Positions 1 through 14,057 of a DNA stretch of 64,000 nt are shown here, in pieces. How positions within the stretch are numbered: position 1 is the first letter of the stretch; the number at the start of each line of letters is the position of its first letter. Where the stretch lies: the NCBI RefSeq assembly GCF_963921235.1, contig NC_086097.1:190838001-190902000 (forward strand), in the 5' to 3' direction. The position numbers and the translations under genes were made by a program. Below the pieces are notes generated by a model that was given only the letters and a program-made list of their open reading frames with translations, had not been told where the DNA came from and searched no databases. The stretch is from Mobula hypostoma. Taxonomy: Eukaryota.

Positions 1-70
1 CCTGAATGTCAACTATTCCTCTCTCTCTGAAGGTTCTGCCTCACCTATGAAGTTCCTACAGCAGTTAGTG
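1..70 (+). mobile_element. Degenerate Penelope-like 3' terminus (pseudo-LTR) fragment, cut by the window edge
   Basis: cctgaatgtcaactattcct...ctgcctcacctatgaagttcctacagca resembles 32534-32600 (cccgaaacgttgactgt...ctgcctggcctgctgcgttcaccagca). Confidence 0.5.
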
Positions 71-379
71 TAAAATAAGAGTTCTTATTTCATACATTCA
101 GATATTTGACTTATTTGATTTATTCATGTTGTATCTTCCTCTTTTAGAAGCAAGGATCGTGTGCTGGATTAATATTCTTCTCTCGTCTGATAGCACCGTC
201 TGTTTCCTGGTGATTTAACTGAACTTTGCCACTACTCTAATCCTTAATCAGTGCATCAATTGTCTACTGAAGATACTGCATACAATATTCCAAAATAGTG
301 ATTACCTGTTCAAGAAAGGAATAATACTTGCTGATTATTACTAAATTACCTTGATTTCTATTCTAATATTTAATATCTC

Positions 380-1080
380 CTATAAAAGTAATTTTACATT
401 AACTGTTTATGTTCAATAAAATGACAATCACCTTTAAATCTTTTCCCACCTTTGCTAAAGAGTTTATTTTTATAGCAGTCATCAATTTCATATAATCTTC
501 TTCAGTGTGCCTTGCTTGACATTTATTACTGAAATCCATTTGTAATTCCTTAATGTTTTGCTTAGCTGGTCTATAATCCTTTGAATATTTATTAATCTGC
601 CTTACATAAATCACAGGCCAGGCAACTTAAGGTCATCAATAAATATAATATTTAAAATAAGAACCCTCCACCTGATCATTTACTGCATTGTAAATAGCAA
701 GTGAGCCAAAAGACACTCCCTCAGAAACACTAATGTCACTGCCTTCAAACATATCTTGTTATTTTTGATTACTTTCAGTATTTTTCAATAAAAACAATTT
801 TAACTCCAACTCGTATTACACATGGATCTAGGCCAAGTGTCTTCTGAAAATCCACATAATTATATCCATTGGGTAGACCTCGCTTATTGAATATTTACTT
901 CATCAAACAATTCTGGCAGATTTGTAAGGCATGACCTTTTGCTTCTAAATCCATGATGGCTGCTTCTTACGAATTCTGTCAACTTTAGATGAATATTAAT
1001 AAGACAATTTAAAAATTCTTCTGGAGGGATTTAGGGGAATTGATCAATTGCTCTTCAATCTCTATTTCTTTTTCAAATAG
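380..1080 (-). mobile_element. Very old CR1-like LINE remnant
   Basis: Minus-strand translation keeps traces of CR1 RT motifs (LQMDFSNKC resembling WQMEFNxxKC; KDLKVIV resembling RDLGVIV). Confidence 0.35.
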
Positions 1081-1239
1081 CAAATAGTGAATATTTAAAA
1101 AATAAAGTACTCATATGGAACATAATTTCTGGTCTATTTATTTTGATTATTGTATATAAATGGCATTTTTTGTGATGTCGTCCCAGCTGATAAAATAAGG
1201 TTTATTTGCATTGAAGTTGGTCAGACAATTGTGTGCTAT

Positions 1240-1850
1240 CCAAGATAAGATCATCAAGAAGACCAGCAGGAGTAGGGTGTTTGGCCCCCTTGTCTTTCCT
1301 CAGCTACTTAATCAGATTATGGATGATCTTTCATTGCAGTGGCACTTCTCTGTATTAAACCCATATCCCTTGACTGCATTAATATCTAAAGAAAAATCTA
1401 TTGATTGTCTTCCTTGAATATACTCAGTGACTGGACATTTGTAGCTCTGTTAGGTAGTGAAATCCAAACAGTTACAACCTCCGGAATGAAGAGCATTCTT
1501 CCCTACTCCACCTTGAAAAGTCATCACATAATTTTGAGATTGTGACAACTTGTTCCAGTATCCCAGCCATAGAAAATTTCAACTCCGTATCTGTCCTGAA
1601 AATCCTAAAAGAATTTTGTTATTTCAGTGAAGTCACCTTTCTTCCTCTTTGGCTCAAAGGAGTTCAGGGGCAGTCAAGTTAATCCCTCCTCCCAGCATAA
1701 ATGCTTCAGAAATCGTTTTTTGTAAACTCCCTTTATCACAAATATACCCTTCTTAGATAAGGAGAAAAAGATCTCTGCACAAAATCCTTGATGATCTTGT
1801 GGAGCGGCTCTATATGATTGGAACAATATGTCTGCATTCTTGTACTCAAA
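1240..1850 (-). mobile_element. CR1 LINE 3' fragment, degenerate
   Basis: Begins with a reverse CR1 tail (cataaga...agcaggagtagg...ttggcccc) like 46440 and 63405, followed by ORF2 3'-end similarity. Confidence 0.65.
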
Positions 1851-1855
1851 CCATA

Positions 1856-2195
1856 GAGTCATAGTTATCCTGGTAGAAACAGGCCATTAGACTTATCAAG
1901 TCTTTGCTGACAATTGAGTACCTACTTACACTAATCCCATTGTTTATACTTCCCACATTTCTATCAAGTCTCTAACCAACCCTGCTCCCCCAATCTCTCA
2001 GATTCTACCCACATGGTAGGAGTAAAAATATACTGTGAACAATTAGATTACCTACACACATCTTTGGGATTTAGGAACAAACTCACACAGACACAGGAAG
2101 AACATGCAAACTCCACATAGGAAAGCATTCGAGATCTGAAGTGAACCCAAGCTGCTGGAGCTGTGAGGAAAACTATCTACCAGTTCCATCAGTGT
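1856..2195 (-). mobile_element. tRNA-derived V-domain SINE (HE1-like) with CR1-type tail
   Basis: Reverse V-domain motif ggaagaacatgcaaactccaca and tRNA-like head remnant gaacccaagctgctggagctgtgagg. Confidence 0.65.
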
Positions 2196-2796
2196 GCTGA
2201 CCAATTCCTTTTCCTCTAGAGGCAAACACACCATCTGCCTTGCAAAAGTTTGTCTCAAAAGTTTACCCACTTCCCTATAACCATTAATATCTTCCAATCT
2301 TTCATATTTTAAAACTATTCCACATTTCTATGTTGTCTACCAAAATAGATGAGTTTGCATTTCCATACGGTGTTCAATTTGTCATAACCTTGTTCTTCTC
2401 ACAGTCCACAAAACCACCTAATTTTTCAGTCACCTTGAAGATATTAATTCTTTGAGTGAAGGTACTCCCATGATACGGTTGGATAGGGGATTCAAGTATT
2501 TGGATACAGAGACTTTCCAAGCATGTGACCGAAGGGAAGCCTTTGTTGATGGTGCATTTAAATGCCGACCGCTATTGTCCTTCTTGATGGTGTGGTAGGT
2601 TCTAACAGAGTAGCTTCAGTGAGCAACTGCAGTGCATTTTGTAACATATGTCATCCAAGGTTAGATCAAATCTACAGCTGTGAGATAGCAGTATAAGCTG
2701 CCGTGCCACTACTAGCTTGTTTCTTATCACTGCTGAAACCTGACTAGTTAACACAGATGAGAATCTTGCTGATGCGTTGATATAATTTTGGGGTCA

Positions 2797-3023
2797 TGTG
2801 GTAAACTATATATGTTGTAGCTGGGTTACTTATCTGGACACGCCCCTCTGCTGACTGCCCCTGTGGCTCCTCCCACAGAACCCTGAATAAAGGCAATTTC
2901 GCATTGCTCCTCCTCCTCAGTCCGGGGGCAGACACTCAGCATGAAGGTCACGTTTTACTGCGAATAAAAGCCTTTCAGTATTTACCCTACTTCATGTCTT
3001 TTGGAGTAATCAAGGGTGCATCA
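2797..3023 (+). mobile_element. Solo LTR, 227 bp
   Basis: TG...CA termini, perfect 5-bp TSD GGTCA (2792-2796 and 3024-3028), internal AATAAA. Confidence 0.85.
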
Positions 3024-5057
3024 GGTCATATGGACATTCCTTTATCAGAGCTGGGGAAATTGGGGACACTGTTTTAGAAATACCCCTCATAGATTTTAAG
3101 GGTGTTCTTCTAGACTGGAATCCCACTGTTGTAATTCCCATTACTTCCCTTTTATCTTTTGCTCTGTACTTCTCCATTAACTCACATTACTGGTTCATTC
3201 TCCACCCTTTGATCTAACTCTCCAGTTGTCCAATCACAAAGCCCAATTGCCTGGCTCTACAAAAAAGCAAGTAGGGCTTCTGACCCCTGGTCTTTGTCTG
3301 ACAGCTCTTTTTCCTCAACCCCTATACAAAATAGCCATATAAATGTGAGGAAAATGGAAGGACATGGGCACTGTAGAGGCAGAAGAGATTAGTATAGTTG
3401 ACCATTGGATTACTAATTTAATTGGTTTGGCACAATATGGTGGGCTAAAGGACCTGTTCAGCGCTGCACTCTTCTGTGCTCGATGTAACTCCCAGACCAG
3501 GATTCTGTCCCAATCACATAGTTCCCTTTTTGAGCACAGATCTATTCAATAGTAGGGTTTGAGTATTGGGCCTCAATGTGTACTGAAACTTGCAGTAAGG
3601 GCCCCATGATTAAAGTGGTCCTGGGCACACGTGTGGTTCATTATGGTCTCTAGGCCATATTGTCAACAACTCATTTGAGAAATAGTGTTACTTCAATGCT
3701 TATGGAAGCTTGAAATTTAATGTTGTCACTTGTAACTGGGAGTGTTAAAATTCAATATACCAGCCAGGATTGAAAGGTACGGATCCATTCAGTTCTCGAT
3801 TAGTTTAATATGCTCCTGCTGTGACTGGGATTATGCTGCACTACAGGGCTGGGATTGTAGCCTGTGCTCCCCTGCAAAACATTTCTGAAGTAGTAGATAA
3901 AAGGAAAACACTTTGCTGACAATTAGTAAATACACATGTACACACTTGTCTGATTAAAATGCAATTTGCAAAGTTCAATTTTAAAACGGCATTGCTTTGA
4001 GTGTGGAGAAAAATAAGGAAATATACACTCCTAATGATAATGCAGCATGAGGAATTGTGTGCTAGATCAACTGCGTCAATTCATTCTGGCTTTGGTACTA
4101 CATTGAGATTTTCTCAGAGTAAACACTGGACCCTCTATAAATAAAAAGCTTATTTTCACCCCACACCTTGCTGGATCTATGGTAAATTCATGAACACTGC
4201 ATGACAATTGGCCTCTCTGACCTTATGCAAGTCAGAATTGGAAACACTTTTCAATTCTTGCCCTAGAGAGTGGAGAATGTGTTTAGTTTAAAAAAAGAGT
4301 TTACTTTGATATTTTATAGATTTGTTTTTAATGTTTTTACTTTGAACATTTTAATATTTTTTGTTTTATATTTATTTACGTTATTATTAATTTTTTATAA
4401 AATATATCTGAATTATAAAGATGTTTAAACACCTCTCTTATTTAGAGACATTTAAAAACAGCAAGGAAACCTGGAAGACTTTGACAGGAGGCAGGCCCAT
4501 TGTCCCAGTTTTATTTCCCATCAAAGGATGTTAGGAAATTCTATACATAAACAGCTGAGGCCCATAAACCCCTGAGGCCTTACTACATTTTGCCACGCAT
4601 ACGGTGTACTGTGTGAGAATGGCAAACAATGCCATCACATTGCATTTGGCTTCCATCCTCTCCTATGCATCCTCTGTCACCTTCCTGATGGCCATAATGT
4701 ATTTTGAAAGGCAGAACACAGTTTGGCACAGAGCTGCTGCACGCATGAAACTGGGTGAGATTTTGGCAAGAACATGGTTTCAGCTCAACACTTGTTTCTT
4801 CTGTATAAACCAGCCAAATGTTGTTTCATAATGTTGACTCATTTCATTTTTATGCAGGCCATCTAATTGCCTATTTGTGCTATGTTTTAGCTCCTCAAAA
4901 ATTCATACAATCCATTTTCTGATGAAAGTACTTTCCCAATTATCCAAGTCCTTAAAGACATAACCATAAGATTAGACTTCAGAAATCAAGATGAAGGAAA
5001 CGTCTACTTCATTGTTCTGCCTCCTGAGAGAAACAGCACTTGGCAGGAGAATCCCTA

Positions 5058-5766
5058 CACCTTTGGTAGTGTGAAGGAGCAGAGGGATCTGGGGGTACAT
5101 GTCTACAGATCCCTGAAAGTTGCCTCACAGGTGGATAGAGTAGTTAAGAAAGCTTATGGGGTGTTAGCTTTCATAAGTTGAGGGATAGAGTTTAAGAGTC
5201 GCAATGTAATGATGCAGCTCTATAAAACTCTGGTTAGGCCACACTTGGAGTATTGTGTCCAGTTCTGGTCACCTCACGATAGGAAGGATGTGGAAGCATT
5301 GGAAAGGGTACAGAGGAGATTTACCAGGATGCTGCCTGGCTTAGAGAGTATGTATTATGCTCAGAGATTAAGGGAGCTAGCACTTTACTCTTTGGAGAGA
5401 AGGAGGATGAGAGGAGACATGATAGAGGTGTACAAGATAATAAGAGGAATAGATAGAGTGGATAGCCAGCGCCTCTTTCCCAGGGCACCACTGCTCAATA
5501 CAAGAGGACATGGCTTTAAGGTAAGGGGTGGGAAGTTCAAGGGGGATATTGGAGGAAGGTTTTTTTACTCAGAGTGGTTGGTGCGTGGAATGCACTGCCT
5601 GAGTCAGTGGTGGATGCAGATACACTAGTGAAATTTAAGAGACTACTAGACAGGTTTTTGGAGGAATTTAAGGTGGGGGATTGTATGGGAGGCAGGGTCT
5701 GAGGGTCGGCACAACATTGTGGGCCGAAGGGCCTGTACTGTGCTGTACTATTCTATGTTCTATGTT
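5058..5766 (+). mobile_element. CR1 LINE, 5'-truncated, relatively young
   Basis: ORF 5209-5628 has LYKTLVRPHLEYCVQFWSP...LERVQRRFTRMLPGL...SLERRRMRGD, the CR1 ORF2 C-terminus; tail is (TTCTATG)n. Confidence 0.95.
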
Positions 5767-6389
5767 CTCGTGCAGGAAATATCCCGTCTTCATATTGAGC
5801 ACACCTTCCATTTTGTGGCATGGCTCAACAGCCTGCAGAATTCAATATCAGAACAGATGTAGCCTAGGGCATCAGCAACAGTAATGTTCTATTCCACCAA
5901 AATTTCCAACTGTACTATGCTCCGTCTTTCAATGTGCACGGCAGCGGCACTCATTATGGCTACCAGGGAGGTGACAGAAGATGCAAGGGAGAGGGGAACG
6001 TTCCACTCACATGACGAAGGTAATGACCAACTCTGGTTCTGTAAAGAGTATAGGGAACATTCTGAGAAGAGCAACAGCCTTACCTAAAGATTAGTTACTG
6101 GCCTGTTGATGCTATAACATGGGTCAACATGAATGCAAGATAATAGAAGCAGCATACAAGAGATCTTTTGTTTAGCAAAGCTTACGAGTACAGTTCCAAT
6201 GCATCAAGTTATAAATGACAGGGGGCAGCTAAGAAACACATGGAAGTGGGGAGCAGGGAGGGGAGAGTTTACTCTGTCCTCGTGTCTGCAGTGGAGGAAA
6301 AATGTGCCCGAAAGGTAAGCCTGAATTATTTCCAGTCAAGGTGGTATCTGTGTACAATGCTCCTTCAGTCAACATCTTCTGGATAGATT

Positions 6390-7045
6390 ATCAAACCATA
6401 TATTTCACTCCTTTTATGTCCTTCACATTTGTTTTTCACCTTGAATGTGATTTTGGAAATGTTGGAGCCTGTGAGTTGCAGTTTGGAGATTGTTCAGTTG
6501 TTTCAGTGCTCTGCAGTCTCCGAGAGGATTTCAGAAGGCAGAGGCAGCACGCAGGAACCTCCTGGTGAAAAGGCTGTGAGCCAGGTTGTGAGCCAATGTT
6601 TGACTCCATTTTGGCAATTAAAGCGTCTATTGTTCACTAATTAAAGCGACAAGAGAGATTGAAACTTTGAGGTGAATGTGGGAGGTGAGTGCCAGAAGCC
6701 TGCCTTTTCATCGCAGGTGGGATCACTCTGCAACCAGGGGGGAGACTGCCTTTTGATCAGTGGTGGGATAGCTCTGCTGCCAGACAGGAAAAGGCCTGCT
6801 GTCTGGAGAACGTTACCCAGATTTTCTGCATTTTGGATATGAACTATAGACCTTTTGTCAGACTTAAAGTTTTTATATTCTTTGTTTTCCTCAACCTATT
6901 TCATTTTTTTTGTGTGTAGGGGAGGGGGATTTGGGGGCTGATGTACCTGTTCCATTTTGTTTGCTTTGTTGTTGTTGTTGTTTTCTTTCTTGGTTTTGTG
7001 GCTATCTGGAGAAGAAGCATTTCAGAGTTGTATACTTTGATTTGC
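6390..7045 (+). mobile_element. Non-coding, non-autonomous retroposon-like repeat
   Basis: 3' end (atttcagagttgtatactttga) resembles the Rex-type 3' UTR at 52040-52105; a related reversed piece lies at 50215-50360; contains an internal ~45-bp tandem duplication. Confidence 0.45.
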
Positions 7046-7254
7046 AACTATCTTAATCCAGAAATGCTGAGTGCACAACGTCTTAGGCTCCAAGTTGATA
7101 GCATTTTCAGCCAATTTGATTCATTTCATTGGATACCAAAAAATGACAGGCTGTGCTGGAGCCTCAGAATCACAGAAAATATGTTCCAGCTTTGACTACA
7201 AAGTATTATGATACCTCTACAAGACTGGCAAACATGAGACTTAGCTGAGAGCTT

Positions 7255-7545
7255 AATCAGCATCAGTATCAGCATCAGCTTTATTATCACTGACATATGT
7301 CAGGAAATTTGTTGTTTTGCAGCAGTAGCGCAATACAAGAAATAAAAGTCACTTTCAGTGACACAAATATATAGTGCAAGAAAAAGGAAAGGCAACATAG
7401 TGCTCATGGATTCATGCACCGTTTTGAAATTTAAAGGCAGAGGGGTAGAAGCTGTTATAAACATTGAGCATGGGTCTCCAAGCACCTGTACCTCCTCTCA
7501 AGTGGTAGTAATGAGAAGAGGGCATGTTCTGGATAGGACATAATT
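7255..7545 (-). mobile_element. Rex1/Babar LINE 3' end fragment
   Basis: atcag repeats followed by tttattatcactgacatatgtcaggaaatttgttgttttgcagcag, homologous to 23761 and 52298. Confidence 0.75.
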
Positions 7546-7699
7546 CAACACTTTAGCTGGCTATACCATTAATCAACAACATATGAAACTTGCAATGTGT
7601 ATTGTTGACATGACGGATTGCAACCACTGGCATGGCATTAGTAATGACACTTCCAAATCGTGAACCGCTGTAATGTAGAAGAGTAGCGGATATATAACA

Positions 7700-8190
7700 A
7701 TGCTATAAGAAGTATAAAGAGAGATTGGACAAGCTTGTATTATTTTCTCTGGCATGTTGGAGGCTGAGGGTGAGTATGTGTGAGGGGGGTCATTAAAATT
7801 GTGACTTTATAACTTGCACATGAATTTGATTAAAGTGAGGGAGAGTTGCACAGGTCATCAACCTCGTTCTCTCATCCTTGTCTATTTGGATCCAGTGGCA
7901 AGATGAGAATCTAGACAATTTGAGATAGGTCAGAATGCAGGACAATCCATGTGTCTTGCCGTGAATTTACGAGGATTTTTTTTTATATAAACACAGAAAG
8001 AATGGTGATTAACTGGAATGTGCTGCTAGGGGAAGTGGAGGAAGCAGATAAAATAGCAATGTTTTGAGAGATTTAGACAGAAAAATGTATAGGCCGGATA
8101 TGGAGCATTAGCAGGCAGATGGGATTAGTTTTAATTGGCATCATGATCAGAAAGGCTTACTTTTGAACTGTATTATTCTATATATTATGC
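7700..8190 (+). mobile_element. CR1 3' fragment, degenerate
   Basis: ttttctctgg...ggaggctgaggg (FSLE.RRLRG) and a CR1-like 3' UTR. Confidence 0.55.
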
Positions 8191-11100
8191 CACCATTTCC
8201 AGGTTTCCTTCCAAACCACACATCATCCTGACTTAATATTAAATCATCTGTATTACATTATCTGTGCAAGTGAAAGTGAATGGTTGTTGTTCTTCACTTA
8301 TCTCTAGTTTCTATGCTTTCACATGAACAATTCTGAACATGCAGGGGAATAAATTCTCAAAATCAACAAATCCAATTCATCAACCTGATCTTAAAAAACA
8401 AATTACAAATGGCATAAGGTGGAAAAATGGTTGGTGCATTTCCAACAGGGAGATAGGTACCGTAAATGGGTTTTAGTTGGATGGATTATTAAAAGCGATT
8501 GATTGGACAGATGGAGCTGTGGGCAGCACTGGAGCTGAATCTAAGCAGAACATTCTTTTAGCATTAAATGAACAAGAGGAGAGTCAACAAAGTGGCAAAT
8601 GGCAACCATTATAAATGCAAATACACTTGTTGCTGAAAATGGTCAAAATTAATTTTATGAATGTGCAAACAAGGATTCCATCTTCGAAAGCCCTGAATAT
8701 TGGAGTAAGCATCAAGATGCATGTTTAACCACCTAGCTTCAATGCCACCAGACTGTCTACTCATTATACTGATTTTTCAGTGCAGCCGGTGTCAATGCTG
8801 CCTGAATCTGTAGAACTTCTGCTATCAAAAGTAAGTGGCACTCAAAAATTGACTGTGCTGCTTAAAGCTCTTAAAGTGGAAGTACATAGTGGCTGAAGCA
8901 GATGCTGTAAATCAATCGGCAAGGAAACAGATCTAGGAAAGAAATGATGAGTTGTTGTGCATATGGCTAATGCACTGAAAGTATTGATAGAAGAAAAGAG
9001 GTGTTCTGGCTCTTTAGGTTGGACCCGGTTTCTCCAGAATGATGAGGAGAAGCTGGTGACAATGGATGGTCACAGAGATAAATGCCAGGACTTTACATGG
9101 ATACCGTAAGAAGCTCCATTATCTTACACAAGCCATGAAGACAGTGAAAAGATCTTCATATGTCACATCCTACCACTTTCATTACAAATCTAAGACCCTG
9201 GTTAATTCAATGCACTAGCAGGTTTCAACTACCTTTAATATTTATTAGTCCAGTCTCATACTTAACAATCACATACCTCAACTCAGTATGAATAGCACAA
9301 TAGCACAAGTCTCACAACTACATTTCAGAGCTATCCAACCATGACATCCACATGGACTCAAACATAATTACAGAACATCACTAATACATTTCCATTGCCT
9401 TTACAAGAGAATGTGATGCATAAGTAGAGGCAGCATGAACTAATCTAAGGCAGAGAGATGTATTTTGAAGTTATGCCCATGGCCAGGTAAATGCCAAGGC
9501 TATTAGTAGAAAGTCCTGTATCAAAAATTAAAGTATCCTCATAGCTAACCCTTCTCATATTCACTCTTGCACTCACCCTGGATCCTAGATATTGGTTTAC
9601 AGAATGAAGATAGTTGGTGTGCTTTTTTTTTTTTTTTTTTTTAAATCCCCCTGCTATTTTGGGAACCTAAACTAAGTCATTTTAATTTGACTTGATAGCA
9701 GAGGAGAACAAATTAGAGTTAATAAAGATATATTTTCACTTGATTTGATTTCAGTCTTGAAGTTGTCAGATCAGTTACTTATACTTTTCAAAGGGTAAAG
9801 CAATATTTTAGTCAGGATACAGAAAAAGAATAGAATAGGTGGAAGCTTGATGGAGCATGAAGTTACATACAATTCTTGCATCAGTGGTTTCAGGCATGGA
9901 CTTCGATGAATCTTGTTCTAGAAGAGGATTGTTAAATAAACTTGTTGCATAGGGAAACTAGCCAGAAGTATGACATACAGTTTCAAGGTGGAAATGGAGA
10001 AGTTTACCACCAACTTTGTACAGTGCTCAGATTCTATTATTTCCTGTTGGAACTGAGCACCATGTCTTTAGGACATTTGTGAAACAAACAATTTGTTGCA
10101 TCTAAGTGTTACTGCCCCGAGCCTCTAATGCAGACAAAACAGAAGATACAAGCTCTAAGGTCTTTAGTAAAACTTAGGCTGCACTGTCATGGATCAGAAT
10201 ACCATTGCTCAAGCAGGCTTCTTGGACAGGACAGCAGTCTGGCTACCTACACTTCACCTGTCACTAGGAATGCCGAGGCATTTTTACCAGAGATTGGCAG
10301 TGGCTCTGTGTACAAAAATTTCAGTGCCCTCTCTCTGGCTGAGATCTTTCCTTTTCCCATCCTTGATAATCTTCTGTTTCTTTCACTGCTATTTTGCAAC
10401 TTGGGCTAGACTGCCAAGGTAGCACAGTTTGAAGAAGAACAAATGCACTCTGGGAAACATGAAGAGCTCAGCAAAAGTATACCTGTCAAGTTGCATTTTT
10501 CAGGCAACATGTCATGGTTTAACCTATGAATTTAGCCTGATGTTCATATTTGTATTACCCTTTGTGTTACATTTTATCATCACATCGTGGACAACATGAA
10601 GTTAGTGACACTGGAACGAACATGGAACTTTCGGTGAATGTGAATATTTGAGTGCATTGTACTCAATTGAGTGAGAGCATAGAGGAAGTATGGTAGACAT
10701 TGTCACCAAATTGATCATTTTGGTCTCAGATTAGTGTACACTGATTTCTGTTATGAACTGCTGCACTGCTGACAGAGTCTTAAGCAAGATCAGCCAAAAC
10801 AAAACAAGCAACAGCAGATAATCATTATATGGGAATGAAAGCTAGAGGGCTGTTTCGTTATTGGATATTTTGCACTATCAATCAAAGCCAAAATAAACAT
10901 CTAACTCAATAATCCTCCATTGAGAATGGGTAGAATACATGTTTTCCAACTTAGCAAGAAAAGTCATTAGTTTAATGTGGGGCTTTAAAGATGATTAGTC
11001 TCATCAGCATTTAAAATCATCTGAGTAAGAAAGTCACTTCAAATTATATAATAGACTTTAATGCACAATGATTCTATTAGTACTGTCAAGCATGTCAAAA

Positions 11101-12049
11101 TGCAAGTACTTTCTACAGTTTGAGAAATTGATTTTCTATTTTTCAATGAAGCACAAAGGACTCCTATGGATGCTGTGGCAACAGAAGTTGTTGTGCATGC
11201 TAACTATAAAACTACAATGAGCAAGACAACAAGCAGAATAAGAATAAATCAGTGTGAATGATTTATATATGCTATTTTTACTTAAATGCTAAAATTTGAC
11301 AGCTCAGCTTGAGATCAAAAAGTGAGGCATTAACTGTAACCACTCTCCAATCCATCACCCATGAGTGAAAAGGGCATTACTTTTTTTGTTTACTCAGAAA
11401 AGCAGCACTTGAAACAGTCCACTGATAAATCAGCAACAATCCCTTTTTACTGCTGAGCTTAATTTTAAACTAAAATGGCTCGGCTTATCAAACATCTATA
11501 ATTTTTCATTCTATTCTCGTGTTAATGATAAGTTAAAATCTTATTAAGTTTAATTTACCACTTAATTATTCCCTAACCCTCTAGTCTTTCCAAATTTCAC
11601 ATCAGTAGCACACAGATGGGAGACCAGTTAATATTGCACAATAATTCCATTACTAACTGCCGGTTAAAGCTCTACAAATACAACCTGCTCATGAACCACT
11701 GCAAAGGCTGTGTATGATGCTATCCATTAGCTACACAGATAAATAAGGACAGCAGTGGGATTTCACAGTCTGTGGTCTGGTGTTGCAATTCAGTCTATCA
11801 CTATACAAAGCTAATTGTGTCAGATAAACAATGTGGTTAAAACATCTGTGCCTCAGAATTTGGATTTCCTCTGTTGTTGATATCCTGAAACATCACTGTA
11901 CTTAGCATTAACATCGACTTTGTTCCCCTCAAATAAAATTGATCAGGAGTTTTAAAACAATGGAGAAAAATGTGGCTTGGTTATCCATAGAATTAAAAAG
12001 AGACACCAAGGGCTGAATTGTTATTTATGGAGCTGAAATTTTTCCCACC

Positions 12050-12690
12050 CAGCCCCTCAAACTTCAAATTCATACATATAAACATCATCAATAACTTTTC
12101 TTGGTCTAATCATGTCCACGAAAGCATACCAGGGTCTCTACTTCCTCAGAAGGCTAAGGAAATTCAGCATGGCAATCACCACCACCAGTCAGTTTTTTTT
12201 ATAAATGCACTATAGAGAGCATCCTGACTGGATGCATCTCATCTTCACCTGGCAACTGCTCTGCCCAATCCCCAAGAAACTGTGGAATTGCGTCTATCAC
12301 AAAAGCTACCCTCCTCTCCATTTACTCTGTGCATACTGCCCAGTGCTTCAGGAAAGTAACCAGCATAATCACTCTTTCTATTGGATAAAAGATACAAAAA
12401 TTTGAAAATGCATAGCATCAGGCTCAAGTGCAGCTTCTATCTCATTGTTATGAGGCTCCTGAACAGATCTCTTGCATGATACGGATTAATTCTTTATCTC
12501 TTAATCTATCTTGTCATGGTCATTCTATCTTATTTGTTATTTATTCTCTTATTTCTGAGGAACTGTAACATTATACACTGCATACTGTTTAGACTACCTT
12601 AATGTACTTATATTTGGAATGATGTAATAGAATGGTATGCAAACAAAAGATTTTCACTCTATCCTGGTGTATATGACAATAATAAAACAG
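12050..12690 (+). mobile_element. Rex1/Babar LINE 3' part, degenerate
   Basis: FKF..INI.NN.SWS.H and YFLRRLRKF motifs, agagagcatcctgactggatgcat (ESILTGCI), tail tgacaataataaa. Confidence 0.75.
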
Positions 12691-12979
12691 TTATTATGAA
12701 ACCTAATTCTTTACAAGCCTCACAAATTCTAAAACGCTATCATATCTGAAAATCTCCAATATCCCAGAAACTTAAACATGGGGACATAATTCCCATGTTC
12801 AGCGTTTTTCAACTTCTAATGCTATCCTCATCCTTTGTTGGGTGGGGCAACATCTTCAACTAACTTCCATGATTCCTGAGTCACCCCATCATAATTGCCC
12901 ACATTCCTAACATCATTCAACTTCAAAATACATACATTCTCCACTGTATTCTCTAACTCCCTCCCAACAAACGCCACCT

Positions 12980-13660
12980 CTCACCCACCCCCACACTGAG
13001 CTTTGACTTCTCCAGTGAGCTTTAACCTCCTCACCATACGTTCCTATGTACCCTGCAGCAATAATCCTAGATTTTGATTTGAAAATTCTCGGCCAAAGTT
13101 TTTTCACAATATGAATGACAGACAAGCTCTAACAAAATTCCACTACCAGACCCATATTACTTTCTCCTCCTCTTTCAGCATTTCAAATGAATTAATCCCT
13201 TTGCTATCTGTCCAATTTTTCATTCTCAACTCTTGCATTGATACCTATTATTCCCATTCTGTGGCAATCACAGGAGATGCAACTCCTGACCTTTCACCTC
13301 TTCCCTCCCTACCAAGGAGCCATACTATCTTCTCAAGGGAAGCAGTGATTCACTTGCACTTTTGATTATCTGATGTACTACATTTGGTATCCACCATATG
13401 GTCTCCTCTGCAATGGGAAAAAAAGCAATATATTTGGTGATCACTTTGTAGAACTTTTGTATTCTGTGTGCAGAAGTTTCCTGAAGTTTCAGTTACCTGC
13501 CATTTTATTTCACCAACTCACACTAATCTTTCTATTAGAGGCTTCTTGTTTTCTTACAACAAAGCCTCATGCAAGCTTGAGGACAACATTTCATCATTTA
13601 TCTGGGCATGTTGCAGCCTTCTAGACAATATCACATTCTCCAACTTCAGATAAGTCACTT
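12980..13660 (+). mobile_element. Old Penelope-like element, GIY-YIG region remnant
   Basis: ORF 13373 (YYIWYPPYGLLCNG...FGDHFVELLYSV) and LEDNISS...FSNFR parallel the intact GIY-YIG region at 31883-32209; its terminus appears at 16530-16660. Confidence 0.7.
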
Positions 13661-13805
13661 TCTTTCTCAGTGCTTTGGATCTGGCTATTCCTGCTGTCAT
13701 TACTTTGACTAAACTAATTTTTCTCTGCATATTGTAACTTACTGGGCATTTCTTGCATCCTTAGTTCACACATTACCTTGACAACGAAGTATTATCTTTG
13801 AATGA

Positions 13806-14057
13806 GGCAGCATGATAGCATAGCAGTTAGCATAACACTATTACAGCGGCAGCTGTTACTGATCAGGGTTCGATTCCCATTGCTCTCTGTAAGGAGGTTC
13901 CATGTTCTCCTTGTGACCATACGGGTTTCCTCCTTCCAAAGTTATACAGTTAGGTTTAGTTAGGTGTGGGCATGCTATTTCAGAGCCAGAAGTGTGGCAA
14001 CACTTGTGAGCTACCCAGCACAATCCTCACTGATTGTTTTGATGCAAATGATGCATT
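13806..14057 (+). mobile_element. tRNA-derived SINE, 5' part; 3' part resumes at about 16379-16436
   Basis: A-box-like tagcatagcagttagc, B-box gggttcgattccc, V-domain-like tgttctccttgtgacc...gggtttcctcc; continues after the CR1 as tactgcatgttttgatgtatatgtggcaaatgaagataatcttc. Confidence 0.75.

Noticed and set aside
10128..10422. Overlapping 93-aa and 77-aa ORFs as a host exon
   Set aside because: No recognisable domain and no convincing splice-site pair; length is within chance expectation.
13806..13885. tRNA gene
   Set aside because: A/B boxes are present but belong to a SINE head continuing into a SINE body; no intact cloverleaf. The same applies at 17469.
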